Assembly (NCBI GenBank): GCA_002256025.1
Contig: NKIB01013073.1
Coordinates: 1 to 64,000, forward strand
DNA length: 64,000 bases
Origin: Asterionella formosa
Lineage: Eukaryota
Reading direction: 5' to 3'
Position numbers and translations under genes: made by a program. A model generated the notes under the pieces. That model made no database searches, was not told where the DNA came from, and saw only the letters and a list, made by a program, of their open reading frames with translations. Shown one piece after another: positions 23,516 to 35,800 of this stretch (position 1 is its first letter; every line of letters begins with the position of its first letter).

Positions 23516-25507
23516 ATGAGCGTCCGAGCCCTTCGTCGACTGAGAGAAGAGCGAGAAGCAACCTTGCGCCAAGACGGAATAGAAGAGGAGGATAGCGACA
23601 GCGAAGATGATGATGCGACAGGCAAGGCTGGGATGGCCTTTACCTTTAAAGACGATTCCGAGTCATCTGGCGACGATGGGGAAGGCGACGAGGAAGAAAT
23701 TGGAGAGGACAACGACGCAGAGGAGAATGATGAATGGGAGGTTTCTCCGCAACGGGAAACGCAATCAAATCAGACCGTTCAGCAGACATCTGCTTCCATA
23801 CGCGAAGATACCAAGGTAGAAGATCTCGATGCTCTACTGGCGGAGTTTGAATTCCACGACAAGGGAATAATTTTAGAAAATACGAAACTTGCACCAAAAT
23901 CATCGTTTTTCCAAGTGATTACATCTTCTGTCGATCCAAGGGACCTTGATTTTGACTACGTCATGAGGACTACTCTTTTAGGAGGAAGTGAGGCAGCCGA
24001 AACGTCCAGTCGAAGATCCAGGAACGCATTCCTATTCGGTCCTCCACGTGATGGATGGCAAAAGCCTCCACACTATGTTGGCGGGGGCATTGGTATGACG
24101 TCGTACGATCAGGATCCTTACGACCTTCCCTGGCCATACCAGACAGTACAGCGCGACGACGACAACGAGCTAGCATGGAGCAATCGCAAGCAGTGGTATA
24201 CATTTATGTATTCCAATACCTATACGAAGGATTTGGAAGACTATAAACGAATTCAGGAGTCTGGCGATGCCAATGCATTGGCAATGTTTGTTTCCCACCA
24301 CCCATTTGTGACGGAAGCCTTGATGCAGCTCGCTGCTGTACTTTACCAGACCAACCAAAGCCAAGATGGACTATCCCTCATAAGGCGAACTCTTTGGATA
24401 TATGAAAGTTCGTCGTTAATGGGATTTTCGCCTCACAAGGACCAGAGTTGTTTCATGGATAAGAATCGAAAGGAAAATGCAGTGTTTTTCATGGCTCTTT
24501 TTCGACTGATGCAGGTTAGCAGTATTGCTGGTTGCATTCGAACATCACTAGCTGTCTCGCGGTTTTTATTGGCAATGGACCCTCTCCGAGATCCAATGGG
24601 AGTCTTGCTGATTATGGATTGTTTTGCTCTTCAGACAATGTCAGATGAATATTGCCAGTTTGTTATTGAGATTGTTGAGAGTTTGAAAATTGAAATTCAC
24701 TATCAAGACGATGCAGCTCGGAAGGAACACGTTGGGACTTTGCTTAACATGCCAAACTGGGCATACTCTTATTCACTTGCCCTCTATCGACTCGGAAAAT
24801 CAAAAGATGACGAAGCTATATGCGAACGGGCTAACGAAGCACTTCAGAATGCTGTGAGACAGTTCCCAGCAGTTGTGGAGCAGCTTTTGGTAAAGAACGA
24901 ACTCGACATGACAGGACGATCATTTCGAACGGATTGGGCGACTGTGCTCACAAAGCTACGCTCGATTGCCTTGACTCCTCCCAGCACTGGATATGATCCC
25001 ATCATTCACCATGCCACAACTCAAGCCGCACAGGTGATTACCAATGTCTTCGTCAAACGAAATTTCAAGCAATGGTCAAGCAACAGCATTGTCACGTGGC
25101 TGTATGATGCCTGCGCGGTAGTTACTGCCGAAGAAAGCAAGGTCAATAGCTCGTTACCCATTCACCCCTCGATCCTTCGTTACGCCTTAACTGACCCCGC
25201 AGACTACGATGATCAATTCCGCCATTTGCCCCCAGAAGCCAACCCATTGGATCCAAACCTCGTGGCCGCTGCACTTGTCGTGGACCCAAATCGACGTAGA
25301 CTCTTCCGTGGAGGGGGTGGCTTTGCCCGAGGTGTAGAAAATGAAGAATTCAATCAGCAGCTGAACGGAGGTATATTGGGTGGCCAAGGGTTAATGATTG
25401 GTGGGCGTCCAACGAACAATATAGATCCCGATGACCCGATGCTAGAAATATTCTTGCGAAGCTTGTTGCCGTGGAATCATGTTGACGGTATTCCTCCACC
25501 TCGATGA
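23516..25507 (+). CDS. TCF25: Ribosome quality control complex subunit TCF25/Rqc1 (663 aa)
   Basis: MSVRALRRL N-terminus, acidic tract, HHPFVTEALMQLA, GCIRTSLAVSRFLLAMDPLRDPMGVLLIMD, MPNWAYSYSLAL, C-terminal FLRSLLPW. Confidence 0.9.
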   Translation: MSVRALRRLREEREATLRQDGIEEEDSDSEDDDATGKAGMAFTFKDDSESSGDDGEGDEEEIGEDNDAEENDEWEVSPQRETQSNQTVQQTSASIREDTKVEDLDALLAEFEFHDKGIILENTKLAPKSSFFQVITSSVDPRDLDFDYVMRTTLLGGSEAAETSSRRSRNAFLFGPPRDGWQKPPHYVGGGIGMTSYDQDPYDLPWPYQTVQRDDDNELAWSNRKQWYTFMYSNTYTKDLEDYKRIQESGDANALAMFVSHHPFVTEALMQLAAVLYQTNQSQDGLSLIRRTLWIYESSSLMGFSPHKDQSCFMDKNRKENAVFFMALFRLMQVSSIAGCIRTSLAVSRFLLAMDPLRDPMGVLLIMDCFALQTMSDEYCQFVIEIVESLKIEIHYQDDAARKEHVGTLLNMPNWAYSYSLALYRLGKSKDDEAICERANEALQNAVRQFPAVVEQLLVKNELDMTGRSFRTDWATVLTKLRSIALTPPSTGYDPIIHHATTQAAQVITNVFVKRNFKQWSSNSIVTWLYDACAVVTAEESKVNSSLPIHPSILRYALTDPADYDDQFRHLPPEANPLDPNLVAAALVVDPNRRRLFRGGGGFARGVENEEFNQQLNGGILGGQGLMIGGRPTNNIDPDDPMLEIFLRSLLPWNHVDGIPPPR

Positions 25508-25931
25508 TGATCGATACATTTGAAACTGGAACTAAGCTGAGTTACTAAAAATGGTTCAAATCACAAATCACAACCGGTATTCAGCCTAGTTCTAGTTATC
25601 ACTTTATTCACTGGTAAGTCTCGATTAGAGGCACTCTTAAACATAGGTCTTGTGATCTAAATTTCAAGGTCTATCATGGCTGTAGTGCATGCTGAAACAA
25701 GGCACTATGAGAGCACCGGTACCTGGCAATAGTGTAGTCACGTGGAAAGTGCGACTGGCATATATTTGCAGGTGGGAAATTCAGGAATCCCTTTGCTAGC
25801 CTGCGTGCTGTTGTAATCACCAGCCATCAGGCTTAGTGTCGCCAGTTTCCAGTACATTAAATCTACAACTATGTCTATTTTCGAACTAGGCCCCTTATTT
25901 GGTGTCACAAGTATTGTTACAGTTATGCTAT

Positions 25932-26717
25932 TTATTCGTCTCCATAGAGCAGATTGTCAAGAAATTCTGCCAAATCGTCCATTTCTTGTTGATTCGAAGC
26001 GTGTCCAATAGGATAATCCTTGGCGATGACATGAACTCCTTTTTCTTTCAAAATATCCACACCGTGCGCTTGCTGTTCAAAGAGCACCTTATCATCATAT
26101 CGACCATGTCCCCAAAAGAGTGGAGTATTCTTGGTCTCCTGAGGAATATTCAATTCTTCCCTCAGTGTCAACCAACCACTAAGCGCGACACAGCCAGCAA
26201 ATGGCTTGCTCGTTCGGTATGCCGAAAGCAAGGCAATGGCCCCGCCTTGCGAAAAGCCTCCAATGACAATTCTACTCTTGTCAATTCCTTCCTTTTCTAG
26301 CTTTTCTACAACTTGTTCCATCTGTGCCACGGCCTTGATCTTGCCGTCCTTATCGTCGCGCGCCGAAATGCCAATGGGCCAATCCAAGATATCAAACCAT
26401 CCAGGCATTGTCATACCTCCATTAATTGTAATGGCAACTGTCGGTGCCGGCGGGAAGACGTATTTCATGTCCTTGAGTCTTGGCTTGATGGAGGGAAGCG
26501 AGTACTTCAAGTCCGACCAACCAGCAGGAGAATCTCCAAGACCGTGCAGGAAGATCATGGCGGCAGGGCCACTTTTGCAGGCTGATGATGCTGAGGATGA
26601 CATAGCGGCGGCGGCGGCGGTCGATGTCATTCTACTACTACTAGCAGCCAACAGCATGAATGACAGGAACAATGATACGAAAGAAAACATCAACCAATAT
26701 ACGATTACCGGTAGCAT
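25932..26717 (-). CDS. Acyl-protein thioesterase / lysophospholipase (LYPLA1/2-like alpha/beta hydrolase)
   Basis: IFLHGLGDS, FPPAP..AITINGG.TMPGWFDI, GGFSQGG nucleophile, GHGRYDDKV, YPIGH. The true start may be an internal Met. Confidence 0.92.
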   Translation of the reverse strand: MLPVIVYWLMFSFVSLFLSFMLLAASSSRMTSTAAAAAMSSSASSACKSGPAAMIFLHGLGDSPAGWSDLKYSLPSIKPRLKDMKYVFPPAPTVAITINGGMTMPGWFDILDWPIGISARDDKDGKIKAVAQMEQVVEKLEKEGIDKSRIVIGGFSQGGAIALLSAYRTSKPFAGCVALSGWLTLREELNIPQETKNTPLFWGHGRYDDKVLFEQQAHGVDILKEKGVHVIAKDYPIGHASNQQEMDDLAEFLDNLLYGDE

Positions 26718-27415
26718 ATATCGGTAAAATTCAAGATCCTGCTACCGGTAGGAGCAGAGCTCTCCTACCAAACGAAGCGACTTTGTTGTGCGTGTATATA
26801 ATTTTTACTATGGTGGTGGATACAGGTAGATTTACTGAGCACATGAAGCAAGTATTCTGTGGTATCAGGTACCCCTGGTACCAGGTACTGGTAAATATAA
26901 TTTGGTGTATCAATACATAAGATACCGGTATGTTGAAAGTGCGTCGACTTCTTCGAACACTTATCGGTTGACAAGCAGACCACCAATGAAACAGTCGGGG
27001 AGAGCAAATGGATCGATGATGTTGTCCCAATATGTATGGAGATGCTAATATAATACTACTGATAATAACATTGGCTTGATGAAATTCAAATAAAATATAA
27101 TCTAACGATGCTACGACTACGTGAATGAATTTTTTCATGCAGTACACATTTCAGGCTAAAGTAATAAAATGGAATCGACTCGGTTTAGTATGTGCCTATT
27201 CCGTACTAAAAAATAAAATAAAAGTAAAAATTAGAATGCTTCACTTCGTTCATCAACGACAAAAGACTCATTGAATTGCGCACGCACAGGACACAACCAC
27301 ATCAATCTGTCGCATACTACTATATTTGTCCTAACTTCAGCCAACCTCCATCTCGGTAGAACTCCTGGCCTACTATCCTTCTTGCTTGGAACAGGCGAAA
27401 GATTTCGTAACCAAC

Positions 27416-28106
27416 ATGGGCAAGGCCAAGAAAACCCGAAAGTTTGCCGTCGCCAAAAAGATAATTTCCCCAAAGGACACTCGCGTTGCATCGAATATAG
27501 TCAAAGCCAAAGCAAAGGAAGAAGAAAAAATCAAAAAGGCAGAACCTCGTCAAGTAGAACAAGCAGTCTCGGCACTTTTCTTTGAATACAATACACAATT
27601 GGGACCACCGTACCATGTTTTAGTGGATACCAACTTTATTAATTTTTCCATCCGGTACGTTTTGGAGGGGGTTGCATGTTATACTGTAACTATTGAGACA
27701 CCATATAATGTTCAAAGCCATCAACTAACACTACTGCCAAACGACACTATAAAGAAAAAAGTTGGACATGATCCGTGCCATGATGGATTGTCTTTTGGCC
27801 AAATGCATTCCATGTATTACAGATTGTGTCATGGGTGAATTGGAGAAATTGGGGGGTAAATACAAAATTGCGTTGCGACTGGCCAAGGATCCACGCTTTG
27901 AACGCATCCCATGCAACTGCAAGGGATGTTATGCCGATGATTGTATTACGCAAATGGCCAAGCAATGGCGATGTTTCATTGTTGCCACATGTGATAAGGA
28001 GTTGAGGGGCCGAGTACGAAAGATTCCTGGTGTGCCATGTATGTACATTAGTGGATACAAGTATACTGTGGAGCGAATGCCAGAAGCATTTGGGGCACCT
28101 AGGTAG
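27416..28106 (+). CDS. FCF1: rRNA-processing PIN endonuclease FCF1/Utp24; exons 27416-27654 and 27755-28106
   Basis: [66 protein letters not shown]. 100-bp GT-AG intron 27655-27754 restores the frame. Confidence 0.96.
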
Positions 28107-28246
28107 ATAATGGCAGGATGTTTCTCTAGTATGGGTAGATCACTTATAGAAGGGATGGTTTAGTTTCGTGTTTGATGGCAAGCACAACGTACTTGTTGTT
28201 GCTATATTTAGTAGCCATTCGAAAATATGATATCCTAATCCATCTT

Positions 28247-28782
28247 TCAATCATAGAGATACACCAATCCATAAAATAGAGTCCAGAACAGCATGAATGA
28301 TAGGGCGCTGGGTTGCAAATTCGTCGTTAGGTATCCGAGCCACGATTGTCTTGTATGAGTTTTTAACTCCAGGTTCATCTTGAAGACCCACATAGATAGT
28401 GCCACCAATACGTGAGACACAATAAAGCAGACTGTTTGACACGGTGGTGGAAATATTAAATGAGACAAGTCAGTAGAATATACGTCTAAAACACTAATAC
28501 ATTTGCAAATCAACCAACCAACCAACCAATACAACATTTACAAACCAACCAACACAAGATAAATTTACAAACCAACAGCCACATACCTAAGCCTTCCAAA
28601 CCAGTGAATCCACAGATCCCAGCAAAGCAGCCACTAATAATTCCCATGAAGGATCTGACATTGTCCACTCGTTTCAGATTCAAATTCAACACAATGGGAT
28701 CAAAGACGTCTTTGGAATCTTCTTGATCTGTGGGAGCACCGGGCGCACCGCCTTCGTCCAAGTTGGCCATTGGATCAATCAT
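28247..28782 (-). CDS. EMC6: ER membrane protein complex subunit 6; exons 28782-28587 and 28431-28247
   Basis: VRSFMGIISGCFAGICGFTGLEG and SFMLFWTLFYGLVYLYD. Intron 28586-28432 (GTATGT...AACAG) is in frame and contains an (AACC)n-rich repeat. Confidence 0.92.
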
Positions 28783-31047
28783 GTTGTACGGGTGTGTATG
28801 TTGTTGTTGTTATTTCGTAGAGGACTTGCTAGGAACGCATGTATTTTATGCACTGAAAGGATGGAGTCGATTCTTAATTATGAAACTGATGCAATCAAAC
28901 AATTGCAAAATATTTTAGACCGCAGCGACTACGATATATATAGGCTACTACCGGCATGCAAAATGCAGGAAGGTACCAGTACCCTGGTAGCAAGAAAATA
29001 CCGCCGGTACCCTTGTACTCCTGGTCGTTTGTACAGCAGGAACAAACAATAACACTTCCTCGTGGTTGTTGGTGGCGATCTGCGGCGGGCAAACGAATGA
29101 CCTTGCTCTAAGAGGGTCAGACAGACGTACATGTTCTGCCTACGACACGACATCACTGCAGTAATCGAAATGATGTGTTTCAAGCATCCAAAGTATCACT
29201 GAAACGGAAAACGACAAGTACGACATGACAATGAAGAACAGGGAGAAGAAAAATAGTGAAAAATGAAATTGTTAAGAGGAAAATTCGTGTGAAAAATTGT
29301 CAAGAGTGCATGCTCACTAAAAAATTTCAACTTACACTTTTTTCTTGTGCTGTCGAAAGGAAAATTCAGAAAGTTTCTAAATGGTCCTTGAGGAGCAGCA
29401 ACTGATTAATTAATCAGTTTGCAGGGAGTGAGTGATGGATTGACTATGACTTGTGGTGGCACACCACATAGAGGAGAAACAGCTGGATAGTAGGCCTTTG
29501 GTGTTGGTGCTTATTGCTGCTGGTTTGTATCCACCAGGAGGAGGATGGCTTGGTAAATATTTTTCACTTGAAAGAGACGAGTCAGATCAGGAATCAATGT
29601 CATTGAATTTGTTATCATCACTCCAAAATTCAAAAGGAAGTGACAAATCATTGTTGGCAATCATAGCATGTTTGAGTTCAACTGTATGAATGAATGTTGG
29701 TGGGCTTTTCAATGCATAGTAGGTATGGAATTACTATATGGGATGGTATGGAAGCAAACTGTTAAAATCTGATTACAGAAAAAACCGACGATGAACTGTT
29801 GACATACCTTTGCTCATAAACAGACAACAAGCTGGTTCAACCAATGGAAAGCGATTTCTTGGCAGCATCAGGAAAAGGAGGAGTAGCAGGACGGAGTGCT
29901 TTCTTCAAAGTCCTTAAGCAAAAGAAATTTTTACAATAAAAATTGTGATTGACCATGGCGGGAACAAGTCAAACATAACAACAATAATCAACAAGCACAT
30001 ACCTGTCCTCTCTTGCTTGCAAAATACAAGTTGATGTAGACTGCTGGTTCTTCTCATCATGTTCTGTCTACTTTGATGAGTTTAAGATAGCGCTTTGGGA
30101 TTGACTACTTTTCGTTGTCATTGTAGATGATGATATATTAGTAACAAAATTAATTTGATAAGAAAGCAATGAAACACTACTATTGTAGAGCAGCGGGAAG
30201 AAGGCAAACGCATGCATGAGCACTAAAACTTGCTGCCGAGATGTGATTTGAGATGGTACAGGACATATAGAATCATCATACCAAAGAGTTATAGCTCTAT
30301 AAAATGGCTGATCATATCTGACGAAAATGCTGAAGTATTTGCGCCACTGCAAAGAAGCAAGAATGATGCAACAATATGAATCCCACAAGAAGTTGAATCA
30401 TCCAACAACCAGCCACATCCATGTAATGATGAACTGCTATGTGACTCATCAATGAACACAGTTTGTATGAGTCTGAACATGCTGGAAGGCAGCAGGGATG
30501 AATATAGTGGAATTGCTGTCAACACTACACAGCCAGAAAACCATCATTTCATGCCTTCATGTAGCTAGAGTTCATCCTACTCTCCTCCAATTTCGGCAGT
30601 CCATTGTGGGGCTATAGATATCAGTAATCGAATTCCCTTAAACAAATGGCACTTCATTAAGTCTAGGGCTATTGAAAATATCAAAGGTAGTTTTGAAGAT
30701 TAAGAGTACCGGTACCCTATGGAGGAGGTCTACCGGTGTTACCCTGGTATCATCGTACCTGGTACTAATGTAAATGTGGTATACCATCAGTACTGTACAT
30801 CAATATTTCGTGACAATCATGATTGCCGCTGTGCGTGGTGTGCGCGATAAAGTTGATAGACTCATACCCGCCAATTTTACAAGGATTACAAGTACCGGTA
30901 CCTCATTGTATGGTGAGCCATCGTAATAATTATCTTCCATCGCCGCCTGCTTCCTCTCATTTCATCATCGTCAAACATCAACGCACACACAAACACGTTA
31001 CATACGCACCTACCACAGCAAGATCAAGATCAAGAGCAAGAGCAGCA

Positions 31048-32784
31048 ATGGCGAAAGAAGAGGAACTACTTTCTCAATTAATTTCCATCTTTGAGAGTGT
31101 CCAAGCAAATGTTGTTGAAACGCAATCATTACTTCTTTCCCCAATTCAACTCTATCAAACAGGTCTCCTTCTTTATAAATACCAACATGACAACGATTCT
31201 ATGATTCTTGCCTATCAAGAATTCCTTAGATGCATTCCATACTCATATCTTTCAGTTTTGTTTCATGAAATAAATCAAGCCTATGCCGTCCTGGTTCATT
31301 CGTCCACACCTAACTTTGCCACCATCGCTACTGCCACTCGTGCTCTCTCAGGGTTGTACTGCACATCGCCCTTGGCATGTCAAGCTGGTCAATCTATTAC
31401 CCTAATACATGCCTTGAGTGTGGCATATGACATTGTACAGCATTCAACAATGGATGCTACAACAACGAACACTGAAATGCTGGTGTTGGAAACATTGGCA
31501 GCCATTCTCATGAATGGAGTACTGTCCGATACTAATGATAACAATGAAAACGACAACGACGGCGACGACGACGACGAGCAGAGAATAAGTCATATAATGG
31601 AGGCAATTCAGGCAATATCCGTACATGACAAAAGCACCACTTTGGCAGATTTATATCAGATGCAATCCAAATGTAACCCATCTCTCACACTACAATCCAA
31701 ATTGCTTTTAGTACTGTCACCTTCCCCGCAACGAGACTATTTACTATCGATGCTAACAACAACAAATATGAATCCTACTACTACTTATACTACTACATCC
31801 ATACGAAAGGATATTCCTACAAACAAGAAGAAACTACCACCACCACTTGATCCACAAACTGAAATCCTACGACGCATACAACAAGTGAAAACTCTTCTCC
31901 CACAGTTTGGGAATGGATATATTGAAGTAGCTTTATCATGTTTTCAAGGAAATGTGGATCAAACTGTGGCTGCACTTTTGGATGAATCACGCACATTACC
32001 ACCGACGCTGTTGGCCCTTGACCCGACGCTTCCTGGTAGATTTAGAGAGACTCCAAATCAATATGAACCGATAAGTGATGAAGCAAAAGAAATTGCCAAA
32101 GAACGAATCAGGCATATGCAACAGCAAGAAGAAGAAGAAGCATATCTGTTATCTGTCATGGGGAATATTACTACTACCACTTCTTCCAATAATGAATATG
32201 ACGACGATTATGATGATCAATATGATGACTTTGATGGAGGTGCGGGAATTGGTGACAATGGTGGATTGGATGTGGATTGGGAGACTATCAAAAAATACAA
32301 TAAAGTTGCACGGGAGAATGAGCGAGACGAGTCATTTTGGAGTGAGAGTCGGAATACGAATCGGGAAAAAGTCTTACCTGGGAAGAAGGATACTAATGAT
32401 AGTGATGATAATTATGATGACGGAGAGGAGAAGACATATCGTGGCTTTGATAAAATCAAAGGCGGGCGACCAATCGGTCCAGATGGAAAGGTATTGCCTA
32501 GGCAGAAAGGGGGGAAACAAGGACCCACAATGGATAATGGTGTTGCTACCGACTTGAAGAAACCGTCACAAGTTGCCAACAAGGACGGAGCCAAGCAAGT
32601 GGGCCCAAAGGACAGCGCTGCTAATAAGAAGGCAAGTGCGAATTCCAATGGTGGAAACAAACCGACGGATGGTCCTACTGAATTGACCAAACTGCAAAAA
32701 CGACGGAAGATGCTCAACAAAGCCAAGACAGGTAATCATCATCGAAAGGATGCTGCCCAAAGGAAAACAGGTGGAATGGGATAG
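31048..32784 (+). CDS. ASCC2: Activating signal cointegrator 1 complex subunit 2 / Cue3-like (CUE domain)
   Basis: CUE: IQQVKTLLPQFGNGYIEVALSCFQGNVDQTVAALLDE..LPP.L; EYDDDYDDQYDD; C-terminal RRK..NKA..GNHHRK..A.RK. ATG 31048. Confidence 0.85.
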   Translation: MAKEEELLSQLISIFESVQANVVETQSLLLSPIQLYQTGLLLYKYQHDNDSMILAYQEFLRCIPYSYLSVLFHEINQAYAVLVHSSTPNFATIATATRALSGLYCTSPLACQAGQSITLIHALSVAYDIVQHSTMDATTTNTEMLVLETLAAILMNGVLSDTNDNNENDNDGDDDDEQRISHIMEAIQAISVHDKSTTLADLYQMQSKCNPSLTLQSKLLLVLSPSPQRDYLLSMLTTTNMNPTTTYTTTSIRKDIPTNKKKLPPPLDPQTEILRRIQQVKTLLPQFGNGYIEVALSCFQGNVDQTVAALLDESRTLPPTLLALDPTLPGRFRETPNQYEPISDEAKEIAKERIRHMQQQEEEEAYLLSVMGNITTTTSSNNEYDDDYDDQYDDFDGGAGIGDNGGLDVDWETIKKYNKVARENERDESFWSESRNTNREKVLPGKKDTNDSDDNYDDGEEKTYRGFDKIKGGRPIGPDGKVLPRQKGGKQGPTMDNGVATDLKKPSQVANKDGAKQVGPKDSAANKKASANSNGGNKPTDGPTELTKLQKRRKMLNKAKTGNHHRKDAAQRKTGGMG

Positions 32785-32868
32785 TCTAGGTCATTTCAGA
32801 GAGCCATTTGCTAGTATACCCTTGAACAGTCTGTGCCTATTATGTAACGTATTACTTAACAAAACAGT

Positions 32869-35800
32869 CTAAGCGCTTTCACTGTCGAGTTTTGAGACTG
32901 ACAGTAAAACAAAGAACTTTGCCCCGTTAACTTCAACGCTTCGAATAACGCCAGACCACAAGCAATTTGGCTGTCGAATCGAATCAACCAACTTAGATGC
33001 CTCATGCGGGTCCAAGCTATACGCAGCGTCAGCATCGATACCAAACAGGGCGAGACCAACAAGATCTTCACCCAATGCCTCAATCTCAGCAGTGTCATCT
33101 TCAAGGTATATCACAAACTGGTACCTCCTCACGCCATTATTTCTTATAACACATAGATCTCTCAATCCCACTTTATCGTCTGTGTTCGGCGCGACCTTTG
33201 TGATTCTAAAGCTGGGAGTCAATATCATGGGAGAAGGTTCGCTAATACATTTTTTTATTGTGTCTGGTCTCAGTTCCTCTGCATCATGCAGGATCTGTCC
33301 CGCTCCAATGGCTGCTACAACAGCTGGGGATGAGGGAGCAGCAGTCACTCCATTTCCCGACATACCATTTACTCCTTGAAAAGCTTGCATCAAATCAGTT
33401 TCCTCCAATGGCATGACTCCACTCTGTGGGTTGAACGGGTCTCCGCGAAGGATACGTTCATCATGCTCCCTTAGCAATTGCCTAACTTCAAACGTCTTGT
33501 CAGGAACTGGAGTCAGCCAACTCTTGGACTGAACCATCAAAATTTCCAACCCGGGAAACAGTTCCCCTTGCGATATGTTGCGAAGGCGCACAAATTTTCC
33601 GGGACGCAGTGTTTTCATGACCAAATCCCAATGTGGGTCTTCCCATATCGCAAGGTTGGCCACCTTCCCGCAAAGTGATTTTGGTGGCTCTATTGGATCC
33701 TCACCATCCTCATCCATTTCATGGACAAGCGTCGCCAAGCATCCAATCACAGCCGACGGTGGCTCGCCATGAAGGACCGCTTCATTCGCTTCAGCAGTCG
33801 CAATTGGAAGTTTTTCCGATTGAGGAGGCCCCGTTCCATCCCATATTCGCAAGAATCCACGGGGGAGCATAGATTCTCGTCCATCATGTACCGAATGCGC
33901 CTCAAACATGGATGTCACCATGACAATGGCATCTTGAAGACCAGTCTCCGAATTGATGGGCAAATGACCTATATCAGCAACTCTAAAACGCGACACAACT
34001 CTCATCGTAGGATGTGACAATAATCGCTTTTGACCCCAGTTCCATTGCTGTTGAAACAAGGCAACATCATCGGCTTGAAAAACAGTGTCAGGCGAAGCCT
34101 CAAGTTGCCATTCACCAGCAGAATGCTGAGTACCTTTCGGTCGGACCACAACAATTGAGGATCCTCTTCCTGATGAAGCCAACAATTGTATTTGATTATT
34201 GTACACCTGCACACCCACGCATTTCAAGCGTAAAACATCGCCAGCTTGATGAACGACTGGCAAGCCTTCCCTGTGGTTTGAAAATACACACAGAGTAATG
34301 ACGGCAATCCCCTCGTCTAAACTATCCATATCTTGGTTTGGTTGTGCAGCTCCTGGTAATGGCAGACTATCGTCAACAATACTCAATGAAATCATCCATT
34401 GACTGCGTCTCGTCATGCTAGGCGCACCAAAACCAAGGACGACGCCAATGACATTGACGCTTAGAAATTTTGTGTCCATTCGGCTGTTATAGAGGTCCTC
34501 CAATTCATTCAGTTTATGATAAGTCATCAAAGTCTTGAGGCGCTTAGGCGATCGTCCCGTATTGTTTCCCTGTGCTGGCCGAGTGTTCGTTACATAGGGT
34601 GACGCTGCAACGGTAGGGCGAGCTACATGAGGATAATGTGGCTCTAAATTTGCTATCCGCTGCCCTCCAGCTTCGATGGGCCCTAGAGCCACGTGCGGAA
34701 GATGATTTTTTCGACGATCCTTTTGATGCAGGTCCTCCCACACGTCGTATCGACTTTGTAACGTGGTAGCTTGAATTCGTTCCCGTTGTCCTGTGCCCAT
34801 GACAGTGGCTGAATTCAACACAATTTCTGTATGCATTCCGTCGTTGTCCCACACCCCCAATTGTATCTCCATGTCATCGTCCGAAAAGTATATCAGCCTA
34901 CGGTCCCCACTCCCTACCTGTAGCGACAATCGTAAGGACGACTTCTCCCCAATTACTATACAGTATTTTGCAATGTCTTGATCAAAAAAAGAGTCTCGTT
35001 TGGCATGATAGGGAAAAATGCACTTGGCTGGAATGTTGTCAAGGGAAATCATGATTCGTCCTATATTGCAAGCCTTGTCTAAAAATGCTTGGATTGCCAT
35101 GGCATACTTGTTATGAAAAAAGACCATGACGCGGCGGTAGAGTTTCGCCTCCGAAAATGCCTGCAATGACGTTTGACGAATCTTTTCTTGGTCAGGGTCG
35201 TCTAACTGATTGACTTCCATGGAGAGGACAGTTTTAAACACAGTCTGAAGTGGTCCGTCATCTTCCGAATGCCCAAAGGGGAAAAACGGAAGCGGGAGAT
35301 GCGGATCAATGTGCTGTGGCATGTCAGGAGTGGAAGTGTAATGCTCACACCGTCGAGTCTCTCGCAATTTCCAAACACGTTCGACTCTACAAAGGTTAAG
35401 GGAGATTGATTTTGTATCAAGATCCATTCCTGACACTGTTGTGACATGATGGAGAGTCTGGTCCACGTGAGGAATCGTCCTTTTGTTACGGCGCGTTTTG
35501 ATGGGAGTATCCAAAAAGTCTGGTTCTATATAATCCAATTGCTGCGTCTGCAATTCTTGGGAAACTCCTTGCGTATCTTCCTCCCCACTCGAAATGTTCT
35601 CATCCTCCTCAATGTCCGATTCAGGATCGTTGTTGACCAATCGCTGTATCACAAATTCCGTGAGCAATCGGTTCCTCTGGAATCTCCATTCGTCATAAGT
35701 AGTGACCTCTTCTTCGTCGGAGAAGTCGTCTGTGCCTGTGGCTGCATCTGCGTTTTCCTCAAAGTCCATACTTGCCACAGACAAAAGTTGGTCAACGTAG

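Noticed and set aside
30823..31047. N-terminal extension of the ASCC2 ORF
   Set aside because: Non-ATG start and UTR-like low-complexity sequence; ATG 31048 preferred.
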